A stretch of DNA of 63,006 nt, the filler included. It is 6 parts of 6 records of this genome, joined end to end, with 100 filler letters (N's around TTAATTAATTAA, not from the genome) between each part and the next. Parts side by side here need not be neighbours in the genome. Positions count along the whole stretch, not along the records: positions 1 to 26,416 come from SRR20825010_2293; 5 more parts are not named here. One strand, given 5' to 3'. Position numbers and translations under genes: made by a program. Below are positions 1-9,692 of the stretch, one piece after another. Position 1 is the first letter of the stretch. Each line of letters starts with the position of its first letter. Below the pieces are notes generated by a model. The model did no database searches, was not told where the DNA came from, and was given only the letters and a program-made list of their open reading frames with translations.

Positions 1-99
1 GTAGGCTTGCCTCGAGGTAGTTGATTTCCTTAAAACCTGTTTAGAGTTAATCCGTAGGATTTGTCTTCAGAATAAGGTGAAGTTTTATTGTTAAAGTAT

Positions 100-720
100 A
101 TGATGGCTAGAAATGCTATTTTTTATTTTTTTCTTTTAGTATCTACATGTTGTTTTGCTCAAAAAGCTGTGGAAAAAAGCGTGTATGCTAAAGGGGTTAC
201 TTTGATTGAAATTGATGCACAAAATGTGTATAAAGTATCCATCAAAACACACGCTTCTAATAATGTTTTGATTACAACAGTTATGGATGGAGAATATCAA
301 AACGAATTTATAAACACTATAAAAGAAGACGGAACCACACTTTATATTGGAGTTGAAAACAGACCTTTGTTTGATAAACCCAACGATAAACTTAGCGCTC
401 ATAAAGTAGTTGCAGTGGCTTTAGAAGTTTTAGTTCCCGCGTATAAGCAAGTTCGAATTGTAGGAGATTATACGCAGGTATATGTAGAAGGGAAGTATGA
501 TAATCTTCAGATTTCTACTGGGAATGAAATGGTTTACATGAAAAATACTTTTGGAAATCTTATTCAAGCCAGGACCCGAAATGGTAATATTGTAGTAGAA
601 AATTCCAAAGGGAGCTTTGAAGCAATTTCAAAATATGGTAAAGTTTATAAGGAGAAGTTTAAAAAGGGAAATACTAAGTTTGAGTTAAATTCGCTTAACG
701 GAAACATTTACATTAATTAA
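100..720 (+). CDS. Secreted DUF4097/adhesin-like beta-strand repeat protein
   Basis: ORF 88..720 with ATG at 100; signal peptide ending CFAQ; repeated short beta-strand motifs (ISTGNE, RTRNGNI, ISKYGKV, SLNGNI). Confidence 0.55.
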   Translation: MMARNAIFYFFLLVSTCCFAQKAVEKSVYAKGVTLIEIDAQNVYKVSIKTHASNNVLITTVMDGEYQNEFINTIKEDGTTLYIGVENRPLFDKPNDKLSAHKVVAVALEVLVPAYKQVRIVGDYTQVYVEGKYDNLQISTGNEMVYMKNTFGNLIQARTRNGNIVVENSKGSFEAISKYGKVYKEKFKKGNTKFELNSLNGNIYIN

Positions 721-797
721 ATAGAATAATATCCTTATTTTTACCGCCATTGAAAAATAATGCCTCCATCTAATAAAAGGCAATTACCTATAAAAGC

Positions 798-1439
798 ATG
801 TCATTAAAAAAAGCGTCATTTATTATCATTTTGGTTTTAGTGATAGACCAAATATCAAAAATATATATAAAAACAAACTTTGTTTTAGGAGAATACGTAG
901 AAGTTTTTAGCTGGTTTAAAATTCTTTTTATTGAAAATGAAGGAGCAGCTTGGGGAACAAAAATAAGTGATATTATTCCTGGAGTTTCTGATGAAGCAGG
1001 AAAGTTATTCTTAACAGTTTTTAGGTTATTTGCCATCTGTGGAATAGGTTATTGGTTGTATGATAACGTTAAAAAGAAAGCTACTCCAACTTTAATCATA
1101 GCTATTTCATTAATATTTGCAGGCGCTTTAGGAAATATAATTGATTCTGTTTTTTACGGAATAATCTTTAATGATAGTTACGGACAAGTAGCTACGTTAT
1201 TTGCAGAGCAGCCATATGGTACTTTATTCCACGGAAAGGTTGTAGATATGCTCCATTTCCCGATGATAGATACAGTGCTTCCAGAATGGTTTCCAATTTG
1301 GGGAGGGAGTAATTTTCGTTTCTTTGAACCTGTTTTTAATATAGCAGATTCTGCAATAAGTATTGGTGTTGGGGTACTTTTAGTATTTAATAAGAAAGCT
1401 TTTCCAGAAAAGGCAGGAATAAAAGCTCAAAAAAGATAA
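798..1439 (+). CDS. lspA: Lipoprotein signal peptidase II
   Basis: DQISK, ENEGAAWG, GALGNIIDS, VVDM and VFNIADSAI motifs. Confidence 0.95.
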   Translation: MSLKKASFIIILVLVIDQISKIYIKTNFVLGEYVEVFSWFKILFIENEGAAWGTKISDIIPGVSDEAGKLFLTVFRLFAICGIGYWLYDNVKKKATPTLIIAISLIFAGALGNIIDSVFYGIIFNDSYGQVATLFAEQPYGTLFHGKVVDMLHFPMIDTVLPEWFPIWGGSNFRFFEPVFNIADSAISIGVGVLLVFNKKAFPEKAGIKAQKR

Positions 1440-1990
1440 ATCTTCTCGGGAGTAACACAGTAATCAAGAGCAATATCTTCTTTTCTGGTATTGACAATAC
1501 CTTCTTCAGGAGGGAAAAATGAGAGTCCTATTTTTATTACATCTTTGTTGCAAGAGCTTAAAAATTGGTCATAAAAGCCTTTTCCATACCCTACACGATT
1601 TCCTTTTTTATCAAAAGCTAAAAGTGGAATAAAAACAACTTCAATTTTTTTATTTGGAACTTCAATACCATCTTCAGGTTCTGGAATACCATATTTATTT
1701 ATTTTGATGGTAGTATTATCTGTAAGTAAGAAGTTGGTTAACGTACCGTCTTTAAAATTACTTTTAGAAATAATAATTTCTTTGTCTTTTCCTTGAAGAA
1801 TACTTAATATGAAAGATGTATCAACCTCTTTTTGAGATTCAATACTTAAGAAAATATGGTAGTAGGTTTTTTGCCAGATGTCAAGTTTTAAAAGCTGATT
1901 GGCAATGGCAATACTAGCATCTTCAATAAAATCTTGTGTGAACGTAGCACGCTTTTTTTTATACGCTATGCGAAGCTCATTTTTATTCAT
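1427..1990 (-). CDS. 5-formyltetrahydrofolate cyclo-ligase
   Basis: YGIPEP, PLLAFD, GNRVGYGKGFYD motifs; likely start MNKNELR at 1990. Confidence 0.92.
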   Translation of the reverse strand: MNKNELRIAYKKKRATFTQDFIEDASIAIANQLLKLDIWQKTYYHIFLSIESQKEVDTSFILSILQGKDKEIIISKSNFKDGTLTNFLLTDNTTIKINKYGIPEPEDGIEVPNKKIEVVFIPLLAFDKKGNRVGYGKGFYDQFLSSCNKDVIKIGLSFFPPEEGIVNTRKEDIALDYCVTPEKIYLF

Positions 1991-1994
1991 CGGA

Positions 1995-2402
1995 TTATAC
2001 TTTTTCAAACATCTCTTCGAGTTCACCAAGAGAAATTGGTTTTACCCAATAATCTGATACTTCTTCAAACTTTTTAGCGCGTTCTATGTCTTCAGGGTTT
2101 ATGGAAGAGCTTACAACATAAAGTGTAATAGGGTGTTCTAATTCGCATTTAATCTTTACAAATTCATCTAAAAACTGCCAACCATCCATAACAGGCATAT
2201 TTAGGTCGAGTAAGATTACCTGTGGAATCCGTTCTTTTTCAGGTTGGTCAAAAACACCTTTAAAATAAGCGTATGCTTCACTTCCGTTTTCAAAAACCAA
2301 AAATTCTTTGCAAAGCTTCTTGATGTCTAGTAACCGAGATAGCATTTTCACATAGAGTTTGTCGTCATCTATTATGCAGGCTAAGTCTATTTTGTGGTTC
2401 AT
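1995..2402 (-). CDS. Single-domain response regulator (receiver)
   Basis: IIDDD, LLDLNMPVMDGW, SSS and KP receiver motifs. Confidence 0.92.
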   Translation of the reverse strand: MNHKIDLACIIDDDKLYVKMLSRLLDIKKLCKEFLVFENGSEAYAYFKGVFDQPEKERIPQVILLDLNMPVMDGWQFLDEFVKIKCELEHPITLYVVSSSINPEDIERAKKFEEVSDYWVKPISLGELEEMFEKV

Positions 2403-2623
2403 TTGAGTATTCTTAGGGGTATTATTTATAATGTAATAGCCGATAAATATAGGTTTTTTTTAATATTTCATACTATTAAAAAATACCAGTTCTCCAAATT
2501 TAACTTAAATGACTCTTTTAAACTAAGCCTTATCATACTTTTCTTTCATTTTAAAAGAAAATATCCTTGAAGATTTTATTATTTTAGTTTAAATTATCTT
2601 TGAAAAGAAATTGCAGCAATTCC

Positions 2624-4414
2624 ATGAGTGAAACCCCCATAGATATTCAATTACAAACTTTACCAGCTAGCCCTGGAGTATACCAATTTTACAATAAAGA
2701 TGGGAGGATTATATATGTAGGGAAGGCAATAAACTTAAAGAAAAGAGTTTCTTCCTATTTTCATAAAAATCACGAAAACGGAAAAACAAGAGTCCTTGTT
2801 AAGAAAATTCATACCATAAAACACATAGTTGTTTCTACAGAAACGGATGCGCTTTTATTAGAGAATAATCTTATAAAAAAATACCAGCCTCGTTACAATG
2901 TTTTATTAAAAGACGATAAGACATACCCATGGATTTGTATTAAAAATGAACGTTTTCCTAGAGTTTTTTCAACTAGAAACTTAATAAAAGATGGTTCAGA
3001 ATATTTTGGACCATATACTAATATAAGAACAGTTAGAACGCTGTTAGATTTAATTAAAGGTTTGTACGCTATACGGACTTGTAATTACGATTTGTCTAAA
3101 GATAAAATTGAGGCAGGTAAGTATAAGGTGTGTTTAGAATATCATTTAGGTAATTGTAAAGGGCCGTGTGAGGAGCACCAGAGTTTGGAAGCCTATAACC
3201 AGCAAATAAAAGAAATTAGAGAGCTTCTTAAAGGAAATTTTAAAGATTCTTTGGTGCAATTTAAAGAGCAGATGAATAAACTTGCTCAGGAGATGAAGTT
3301 TGAAGAGGCGCAACAGATAAAAGAAAAAATTGAAGTTTTAGAAAATTACCAAGCAAAATCAACAATTGTAAATCCAAAAATTAGTAATGTTGATGTATTT
3401 TCTATTGTAAGTGATGAGAGCTTTGGCTATGTTAACTTTTTACAACTTTCATACGGTGCAATTATTAGAGCGCATACTATAGAAATTAAGAAAAAATTAG
3501 AAGAAACAGATGAAGAGTTATTGGAATTGGCGGTAACAGAACTTCGAACACGGTTTAATTCTTTATCTAATGAAATCTATGTGCCCTTTCCGATAAAAGT
3601 AGCCGACAAAATTAAAGTTACGATTCCTAAATTAGGAGATAAAAAGAGAATTTTAGAACTTTCCGAAAGGAACGCTAAGTATTACCGACAAGAAAGGTTC
3701 AAGCAAATAAAAATTATTGACCCTGATAGGCATGTAAAGCGTATTATGGGACAAATGAAGAAAGATTTACGTCTGTCGGAAGAACCACGCCATATAGAGT
3801 GTTTTGACAACTCAAACATTCAAGGAACAAATCCAGTGGCAGCATGTGTAGTTTTTAAAGATGGGAAACCAAGTAAAAAAGATTATCGCCATTATAATAT
3901 AAAAACAGTAACAGGGCCAGACGATTTTGCGTCTATGGAAGAAGTTGTTTTTAGACGTTATAAAAGATTGTTGGAAGAAGAGGAGTCTTTGCCGCAATTA
4001 ATAGTAATAGATGGAGGAAAGGGGCAGCTTTCTTCAGCATTAAAAAGTTTAGATGTTTTAGGCTTACGAGGCAAAATTGCAATTATTGGAATAGCAAAAC
4101 GTTTAGAAGAGATCTATTATCCTGGAGATTCGATTCCGATGTATTTAGATAAAAAATCGGAAACGTTAAAGATTATTCAGTATTTGCGAAACGAAGCGCA
4201 TAGGTTTGGAATTACATTTCATAGAAATAAAAGAAGTAAAGCCGCTATTAATTCGGAATTAGAAAATATTGAAGGGATAGGAGAAAAAACGGCAAACGAT
4301 TTATTGAAAAAATTTAAATCGGTTAAAAGAATTAAAGAAGCTCCATTGGAGCAAATTACAGAGGTAGTAGGGAAATCGAAAGCTCAAAAAATTTATCAAG
4401 CTTTTCATAAATAA
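2624..4414 (+). CDS. uvrC: Excinuclease ABC subunit C
   Basis: GIY-YIG (PGVY..YVGKA), UVR region, ECFDNS, IDGGKGQ, C-terminal HhH. Confidence 0.97.
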   Translation: MSETPIDIQLQTLPASPGVYQFYNKDGRIIYVGKAINLKKRVSSYFHKNHENGKTRVLVKKIHTIKHIVVSTETDALLLENNLIKKYQPRYNVLLKDDKTYPWICIKNERFPRVFSTRNLIKDGSEYFGPYTNIRTVRTLLDLIKGLYAIRTCNYDLSKDKIEAGKYKVCLEYHLGNCKGPCEEHQSLEAYNQQIKEIRELLKGNFKDSLVQFKEQMNKLAQEMKFEEAQQIKEKIEVLENYQAKSTIVNPKISNVDVFSIVSDESFGYVNFLQLSYGAIIRAHTIEIKKKLEETDEELLELAVTELRTRFNSLSNEIYVPFPIKVADKIKVTIPKLGDKKRILELSERNAKYYRQERFKQIKIIDPDRHVKRIMGQMKKDLRLSEEPRHIECFDNSNIQGTNPVAACVVFKDGKPSKKDYRHYNIKTVTGPDDFASMEEVVFRRYKRLLEEEESLPQLIVIDGGKGQLSSALKSLDVLGLRGKIAIIGIAKRLEEIYYPGDSIPMYLDKKSETLKIIQYLRNEAHRFGITFHRNKRSKAAINSELENIEGIGEKTANDLLKKFKSVKRIKEAPLEQITEVVGKSKAQKIYQAFHK

Positions 4415-4422
4415 TTAGGGGT

Positions 4423-6654
4423 ATGTTTATAAGGAATAGGTTGTTTTTAATAGTTTTTCTTTTCTCATTCTTGGGGTTTTCTCAAAATGAAACCAAAAAA
4501 GATGCAAAAGTAGGATTGGTTTTAAGCGGAGGGGGCGCAAAAGGCTTAGCGCATATTGGCGCTATAAAGGCAATAGAAGAGGCAGGAGTTAGAGTAGATT
4601 ATATTGGAGGAACAAGTATGGGGGCTATTGTTGGGGCGCTTTATGCGGCTGGATATTCTCCAAAACAATTGGATTCTATTTTTCAAGAAACCGATTTTGA
4701 CGTTTTACTGCAAGATAGAATTCCTCGTTCTGCTATGTCTTTTTATGAGAAAAATAGTTATGAAAAATATGCGGTTGCCTTGCCGTTTAATAAGTTTAGA
4801 TTATCGTTTCCTACTTCTTTGTCCAAAGGGCAAAATTTATACAACCTACTATCTCAACTGTTGTTTAATGTAAATGATGTAGAAGATTTTAACGACCTCT
4901 CTATTCCCTTTTTCTGTATGGCAACAGATGTAGAAACAGGCGATCCAATAAAATTAGATAAAGGATACCTGCCAAGAGCCTTGGCTGCAAGTGCAGCAAT
5001 TCCTTCTTTTTTTGAGCCTGTATTTAATGATGATAGGGTGTTGGTAGATGGGGGAGTTATAAATAACTATCCAGTTGATGAGGTTAAAGAGATGGGAGCC
5101 GATATAATTATTGGGGTAGATGTTCAAGATTCGTTAGCTACTCGAGACGAACTGAGTTCTGCTACCGATGTTTTGGTGCAGATAAATTATTACAATACTA
5201 TTAATGCAATGAAGGAGAAGTTAAAAAAAACGGACCTTCATATAAAGCCTAATATAAAGCCTTACAGTGTTTTGTCTTTTGGTAAAGGAAAAGAAATTAT
5301 AGAAAGTGGGTATGTAGCTGCGGAAGAAAAAAAGGGAACATTGGATAGTATTGCGCAACTTCAGATTAAAAAACCTGTAATGCGTTATCCTGGAAAAATT
5401 GTTGATAGCTTTTTAATTGATAGATTGTCTTTTGAAGGGAATGATAAATTTACACGTGCTTATCTAAAAGGAAAATTAAGATATACAACAGAGGAATACA
5501 CAACTTTTGATAAAATAAATCAAGGGATGAGTAATCTAGCTGCAACCAATAACTTTAATAGTGTGCGCTATGAGTTAAGACCGAATAAAGAGGGATATCA
5601 ACTTACAGTTCCTATAGTAGAAAGGCATACAGACATGTTTTTGAAGTTAGGAGTACATTATGATGGATTATATAAAACCGCTGCATTGCTAAATATTACC
5701 AAAAAACACCTCTTCTTTGATGACGATAATATGTATGTAGATTTTATTGTGGGAGATAATATCCGTTATAATTTAGAATACTATGTGGATAAAGGATTTT
5801 ATTGGAGTTTTGGTTTAAAATCGCGCTATAATTCATTTGATAGGAATGTAAGTTTTGATTTTGTAGAAGAGAAAGCTGGAGATCCACCGCTACCAGAAGT
5901 TAATAAACTAGACGTTAAACTGTCGGATATTACCAATCAGGTATATATGCAAACGGTCTGGAAAGAAGAGTTTACTTTTGGGGTTGGACTTGAGCATAAG
6001 TTTCTAAAAATTGAAACCGAAACGATTGCAGATGATGAAGGAGATGAAATTGTTCTTGAAAATGATAATTATTTTAGTACCTATGGGTTTTTAAAATTTG
6101 ATTCATTAGACAATAAATACTTCCCCTCAAAAGGGTTTTACTTTGACGGCGATTTTCATTTATATTTATTGTCTACTAATATTTCTAATGATTTTAGTGA
6201 GTTTTCAGTAGCTAAAGCTAAAATGGGATTTGCAACACCAATTTATAAAAATCTTTCGTTTGATTTTTTTGCTGAAGGAGGATTTAAATTTGGAGATACA
6301 GAAGTAAACTCCTTTGATTTTATTCTTGGAGGATGGGGTAATGATTTTATAAACAACATAACCCCTTTTTTAGGATATGATTATTTAAGCTTTGGGGGAG
6401 ATAGCTTTGTTAAAGCTACCTTTAATGTTGATTGGGAATTTGTAAAACAAAATCATTTAAACTTTACTGCCAATGTAGCAAATGCTGGAGATAATATTTT
6501 TGAAAGAGGAGAATGGTTTACTCTGCCAACTTATACAGGTTATAGTGTGGGGTATGGCTACGAGTCTTTTATAGGGCCATTACAAGCTAAAGTTAATTGG
6601 TCTCCAGAAACAGATGATACCTTGTTTACAATTAGTATTGGTTTTTGGTTTTAA
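4423..6654 (+). CDS. Patatin-like phospholipase fused to POTRA and Omp85-type barrel (PlpD-like)
   Basis: Signal peptide; GGGAKG, GTSMG, DGG patatin motifs; aromatic-rich C-terminal barrel ending IGFWF. Confidence 0.85.
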   Translation: MFIRNRLFLIVFLFSFLGFSQNETKKDAKVGLVLSGGGAKGLAHIGAIKAIEEAGVRVDYIGGTSMGAIVGALYAAGYSPKQLDSIFQETDFDVLLQDRIPRSAMSFYEKNSYEKYAVALPFNKFRLSFPTSLSKGQNLYNLLSQLLFNVNDVEDFNDLSIPFFCMATDVETGDPIKLDKGYLPRALAASAAIPSFFEPVFNDDRVLVDGGVINNYPVDEVKEMGADIIIGVDVQDSLATRDELSSATDVLVQINYYNTINAMKEKLKKTDLHIKPNIKPYSVLSFGKGKEIIESGYVAAEEKKGTLDSIAQLQIKKPVMRYPGKIVDSFLIDRLSFEGNDKFTRAYLKGKLRYTTEEYTTFDKINQGMSNLAATNNFNSVRYELRPNKEGYQLTVPIVERHTDMFLKLGVHYDGLYKTAALLNITKKHLFFDDDNMYVDFIVGDNIRYNLEYYVDKGFYWSFGLKSRYNSFDRNVSFDFVEEKAGDPPLPEVNKLDVKLSDITNQVYMQTVWKEEFTFGVGLEHKFLKIETETIADDEGDEIVLENDNYFSTYGFLKFDSLDNKYFPSKGFYFDGDFHLYLLSTNISNDFSEFSVAKAKMGFATPIYKNLSFDFFAEGGFKFGDTEVNSFDFILGGWGNDFINNITPFLGYDYLSFGGDSFVKATFNVDWEFVKQNHLNFTANVANAGDNIFERGEWFTLPTYTGYSVGYGYESFIGPLQAKVNWSPETDDTLFTISIGFWF

Positions 6655-6717
6655 GAATTTCTTAATGTAAATCTCCGTATATTATTCCGATATTTGTAGA
6701 ATTCAAACGTTTTCGCT

Positions 6718-7878
6718 ATGCCTTTTTATCATAAACTAGGAAAGATACCTCATAAAAGACACACTATATTTAAAAAGAGTGATGGGAGCTTATATTATGA
6801 ACAATTATTCGGAACCATTGGATTTGATGGGATGTCTACCAACTCATACCATTGCCATAGACCAACACAGGTAAAAGAGATAAATAAAAAAATAGATGTA
6901 GCTCCAAAGGTTGCAATTTCTAATAATATTCAATCATATAAATTACACGGATTTAAAATTAAGTCTGAAGATGATTTTTTAAAAAGTAGAAAGTCAATTT
7001 TAACAAATTCAGATTGTACAATTCAACTGGCATCACCTAAAAAATCTATAGAGAATTATTTTTATAAAAATGCAGATGCAGATGAGTTAATCTTTATTCA
7101 TAAAGGAAGTGGTAAATTAAGAACCCATCTAGGGAATTTAGACTTTTCTTATGGGGATTATTTAGTTATTCCTAGAGGAATAATTTATAAAATAGATTTT
7201 GATACAGAAGAAAACAGACTTTTTATTGTAGAATCTAGAAGACCTATATATACACCAAAAAGATACCGAAATTGGTTTGGGCAATTATTGGAACATGCTC
7301 CTTTCTGTGAAAGAGATATTCGGAGACCCTACGAATTGGAAACAAATGATGAAAAAGGAGATTTCTTGATAAAAATAAAAAAACAAGACGAAATTTTTGA
7401 TATGATATATGCTTCACATCCATTTGATGTGGTTGGTTATGATGGGTTTAACTATCCGTATGCATTAAGTATTCATGATTTTGAGCCAATTACTGGGCGT
7501 ATCCATCAGCCGCCACCAGTCCATCAAACTTTTGAAACAGATGCTTTTGTGGTTTGTAGTTTTGTGCCTCGTTTGTATGATTATCATCCAGAAAGTATTC
7601 CAGCGCCATACAATCATAGTAATATAGATTCTGATGAGGTTTTATATTATGTAGATGGCGATTTTATGAGTAGAAACGATATCGATCAAGGGTATATTTC
7701 GTTGCACCCAGCAGGAATCCCTCACGGACCACATCCTGGGGCTGTAGAGCGTAGTATTGGGAAAACAAAAACCGACGAATTGGCTGTTATGGTAGATACT
7801 TTTAGACCACTTCAGCTTACAAAAGAAGCATTAGAAATAGCTGATGATTCTTATTATAAATCGTGGTTAGAACATTGA
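6718..7878 (+). CDS. hmgA: Homogentisate 1,2-dioxygenase
   Basis: KNADADE, HPFDVVGYDG, HQPPPVHQTF, PYNHSN, HPAGIPHGPHPG; adjacent to hppD. Confidence 0.93.
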   Translation: MPFYHKLGKIPHKRHTIFKKSDGSLYYEQLFGTIGFDGMSTNSYHCHRPTQVKEINKKIDVAPKVAISNNIQSYKLHGFKIKSEDDFLKSRKSILTNSDCTIQLASPKKSIENYFYKNADADELIFIHKGSGKLRTHLGNLDFSYGDYLVIPRGIIYKIDFDTEENRLFIVESRRPIYTPKRYRNWFGQLLEHAPFCERDIRRPYELETNDEKGDFLIKIKKQDEIFDMIYASHPFDVVGYDGFNYPYALSIHDFEPITGRIHQPPPVHQTFETDAFVVCSFVPRLYDYHPESIPAPYNHSNIDSDEVLYYVDGDFMSRNDIDQGYISLHPAGIPHGPHPGAVERSIGKTKTDELAVMVDTFRPLQLTKEALEIADDSYYKSWLEH

Positions 7879-7998
7879 TTTTTGTAGTATGATGAATTTT
7901 AGAGTAGATATATCAGCTCACTTGAGAGCAATGTGGTGAAGAGCTAGGATGATAACTTTATCATCACTAAATATATATTCTTTATAGGAAGGCTTTCA

Positions 7999-8033
7999 GA
8001 AATCAATTACCTCAGAGTGAACTTTGAGGGATT
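7999..8033. repeat. REP-like hairpin element, related to copies at 1-29 and 26241-26256
   Basis: gaaatcaattacctc matches the reverse complement of the element at the window start in 14/15 nt, followed by hairpin cctcagag-tgaa-ctttgagg. Confidence 0.55.
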
Positions 8034-8057
8034 AAAAATCATCAAATTGAAAAAATT

Positions 8058-9197
8058 ATGTCACAAGATACAACATCATTAAAATTGAATAAAGAAGTTG
8101 AAAATGCAGAAGACTTCTTACCGCTTTTAGGAACAGATTATGTAGAATTATATGTGGGAAATGCTAAGCAGGCAGCGCATTACTATCAATCGGCTTGGGG
8201 TTTTCAACCCATAGCGTACGCTGGATTAGAAACTGGAAGAAAAGATAGTGTTTCCTATGTGCTTCAACAAGATAAAATACGCATTGTATTAACTTCTCCT
8301 TTGCAGGAAGGCGGAGAGGTAAACAGGCATATAGAAAAACATGGCGACGGTGTAAAAGTAGTAGCACTCTGGGTAGACAATGCTACTAAGAGTTATGAAG
8401 AGACTATAAAGCGTGGAGCAAAAAGTTATATGGAGCCAAAAACTATAGAAGATGAAAACGGGGAAGTTGTACTTTCTGGAATTCATACCTATGGAGAAAC
8501 TGTTCATGTTTTTGTAGAGCGCACCAATTATTCTGGATCTTTTATGCCAGGGTACAAAGTGTGGAATCCAAGCTACAAACCTGAGACAGTTGGGTTAAAA
8601 TACATAGACCATATGGTGGGTAATGTTGGTTGGAGTGAAATGAGAAAATGGTGTGAGTTCTACGCTAAGGTTATGGGTTTTGCCCAGTTGGTTTCCTTTG
8701 ATGATAAAGATATCTCTACAGATTATACGGCATTAATGAGTAAAGTGATGAGCAATGGAAATGGACGAATTAAATTTCCAATAAATGAACCAGCTGAAGG
8801 AAAGAAAAAATCTCAGATAGAAGAGTATATAGAGTTTTATAACGGAGCAGGAGTTCAGCACATTGCTTTAGCCACAGATAATATTATTGAAACGGTAAAG
8901 CAATTAAAATTGCGGGGAGTAGAGTTTTTAAAAGTTCCGGAAACCTATTATGATACAGTTTTGGAGCGAGTTGGAAAAATAGATGAAGACTTAGAGCCGC
9001 TTAAAGAGTTAGGGATTTTAATAGATAGAGATGATGAGGGGTATTTATTACAATTGTTTACAAAACCAATTTTGGATAGACCGACAATGTTTTTTGAAAT
9101 AATCCAGAGAAAAGGGGCGAAATCATTTGGGAAAGGCAACTTTAAAGCCTTGTTTGAGGCTATAGAGCGGGAACAAGAAATGCGAGGAACGCTATAA
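8058..9197 (+). CDS. hppD: 4-hydroxyphenylpyruvate dioxygenase
   Basis: IDHMVGN, FPINEP, GVQHIAL, FFEIIQR, FGKGNFKALFEAIE. Confidence 0.97.
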   Translation: MSQDTTSLKLNKEVENAEDFLPLLGTDYVELYVGNAKQAAHYYQSAWGFQPIAYAGLETGRKDSVSYVLQQDKIRIVLTSPLQEGGEVNRHIEKHGDGVKVVALWVDNATKSYEETIKRGAKSYMEPKTIEDENGEVVLSGIHTYGETVHVFVERTNYSGSFMPGYKVWNPSYKPETVGLKYIDHMVGNVGWSEMRKWCEFYAKVMGFAQLVSFDDKDISTDYTALMSKVMSNGNGRIKFPINEPAEGKKKSQIEEYIEFYNGAGVQHIALATDNIIETVKQLKLRGVEFLKVPETYYDTVLERVGKIDEDLEPLKELGILIDRDDEGYLLQLFTKPILDRPTMFFEIIQRKGAKSFGKGNFKALFEAIEREQEMRGTL

Positions 9198-9282
9198 AAC
9201 ACATCTTTTTCTGTTAAATTAATAATTTAAAACTCAACAAATTGATTACTTAATGTTAAAAAAGTTAAACTTATTTATTATG

Positions 9283-9313
9283 CTTGCATAACATGTGTTT
9301 TGTATTAACTTTG
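9283..9313 (+). promoter_or_regulatory. Bacteroidota primary-sigma promoter (-33/-7)
   Basis: CTTG (9283-9286), 19 nt, TAACTTTG (9306-9313); fits TTTG-N19-21-TAnnTTTG with one mismatch. Confidence 0.65.
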
Positions 9314-9316
9314 CGC

Positions 9317-9417
9317 TCGCAAAAGGGGTGGTGCCCTTTGCAAACTTTAAGTAAAGTTTTCATAATTTAAAGTTTTGGTTGGTTAATGAAAAAAACTCGG
9401 CTTCGGTCGAGTTTTTT
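9317..9417 (+). ncRNA. Candidate ~100-nt small RNA
   Basis: Promoter directly upstream, two hairpins (9319-9341, 9342-9359), U-rich single-stranded core (9360-9386), intrinsic terminator; no sense ORF. Confidence 0.55.
9389..9417 (+). terminator. Intrinsic terminator with cUUCGg loop
   Basis: aaaaaactcggc-ttcg-gtcgagtttttt. Confidence 0.85.
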
Positions 9418-9692
9418 GCGTTCAATTTATTTTGACTTTTTTTGGTTGAGTAAAAAAAAGTGCTTTTATTCTTTAATCAAGTATTTTTAAAGAAGCATAG
9501 CAGTGCTATGGTTAGAGAAGTTTATTTATACCTTTTTCTACTTTTGGAATAATAATTGTTAATTATAGCTATATAAGAATTATAATGTAATTGATTTTAT
9601 TATTTTTACACAGAACTCTTTTAAATTTATTGAATTACAATTAATTATCAATAGTTATCAAGGTTTAATGCGAGTTTATTAATACGCTGATT

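Noticed and set aside
9271-9363. Minus-strand 30-aa ORF MKTLLKVCKGHHPFCERKVNTKHMLCKHNK with a good A-rich leader
   Set aside because: Promoter and hairpin organisation favour a plus-strand RNA, and the ORF runs through that promoter; retained only as the alternative hypothesis
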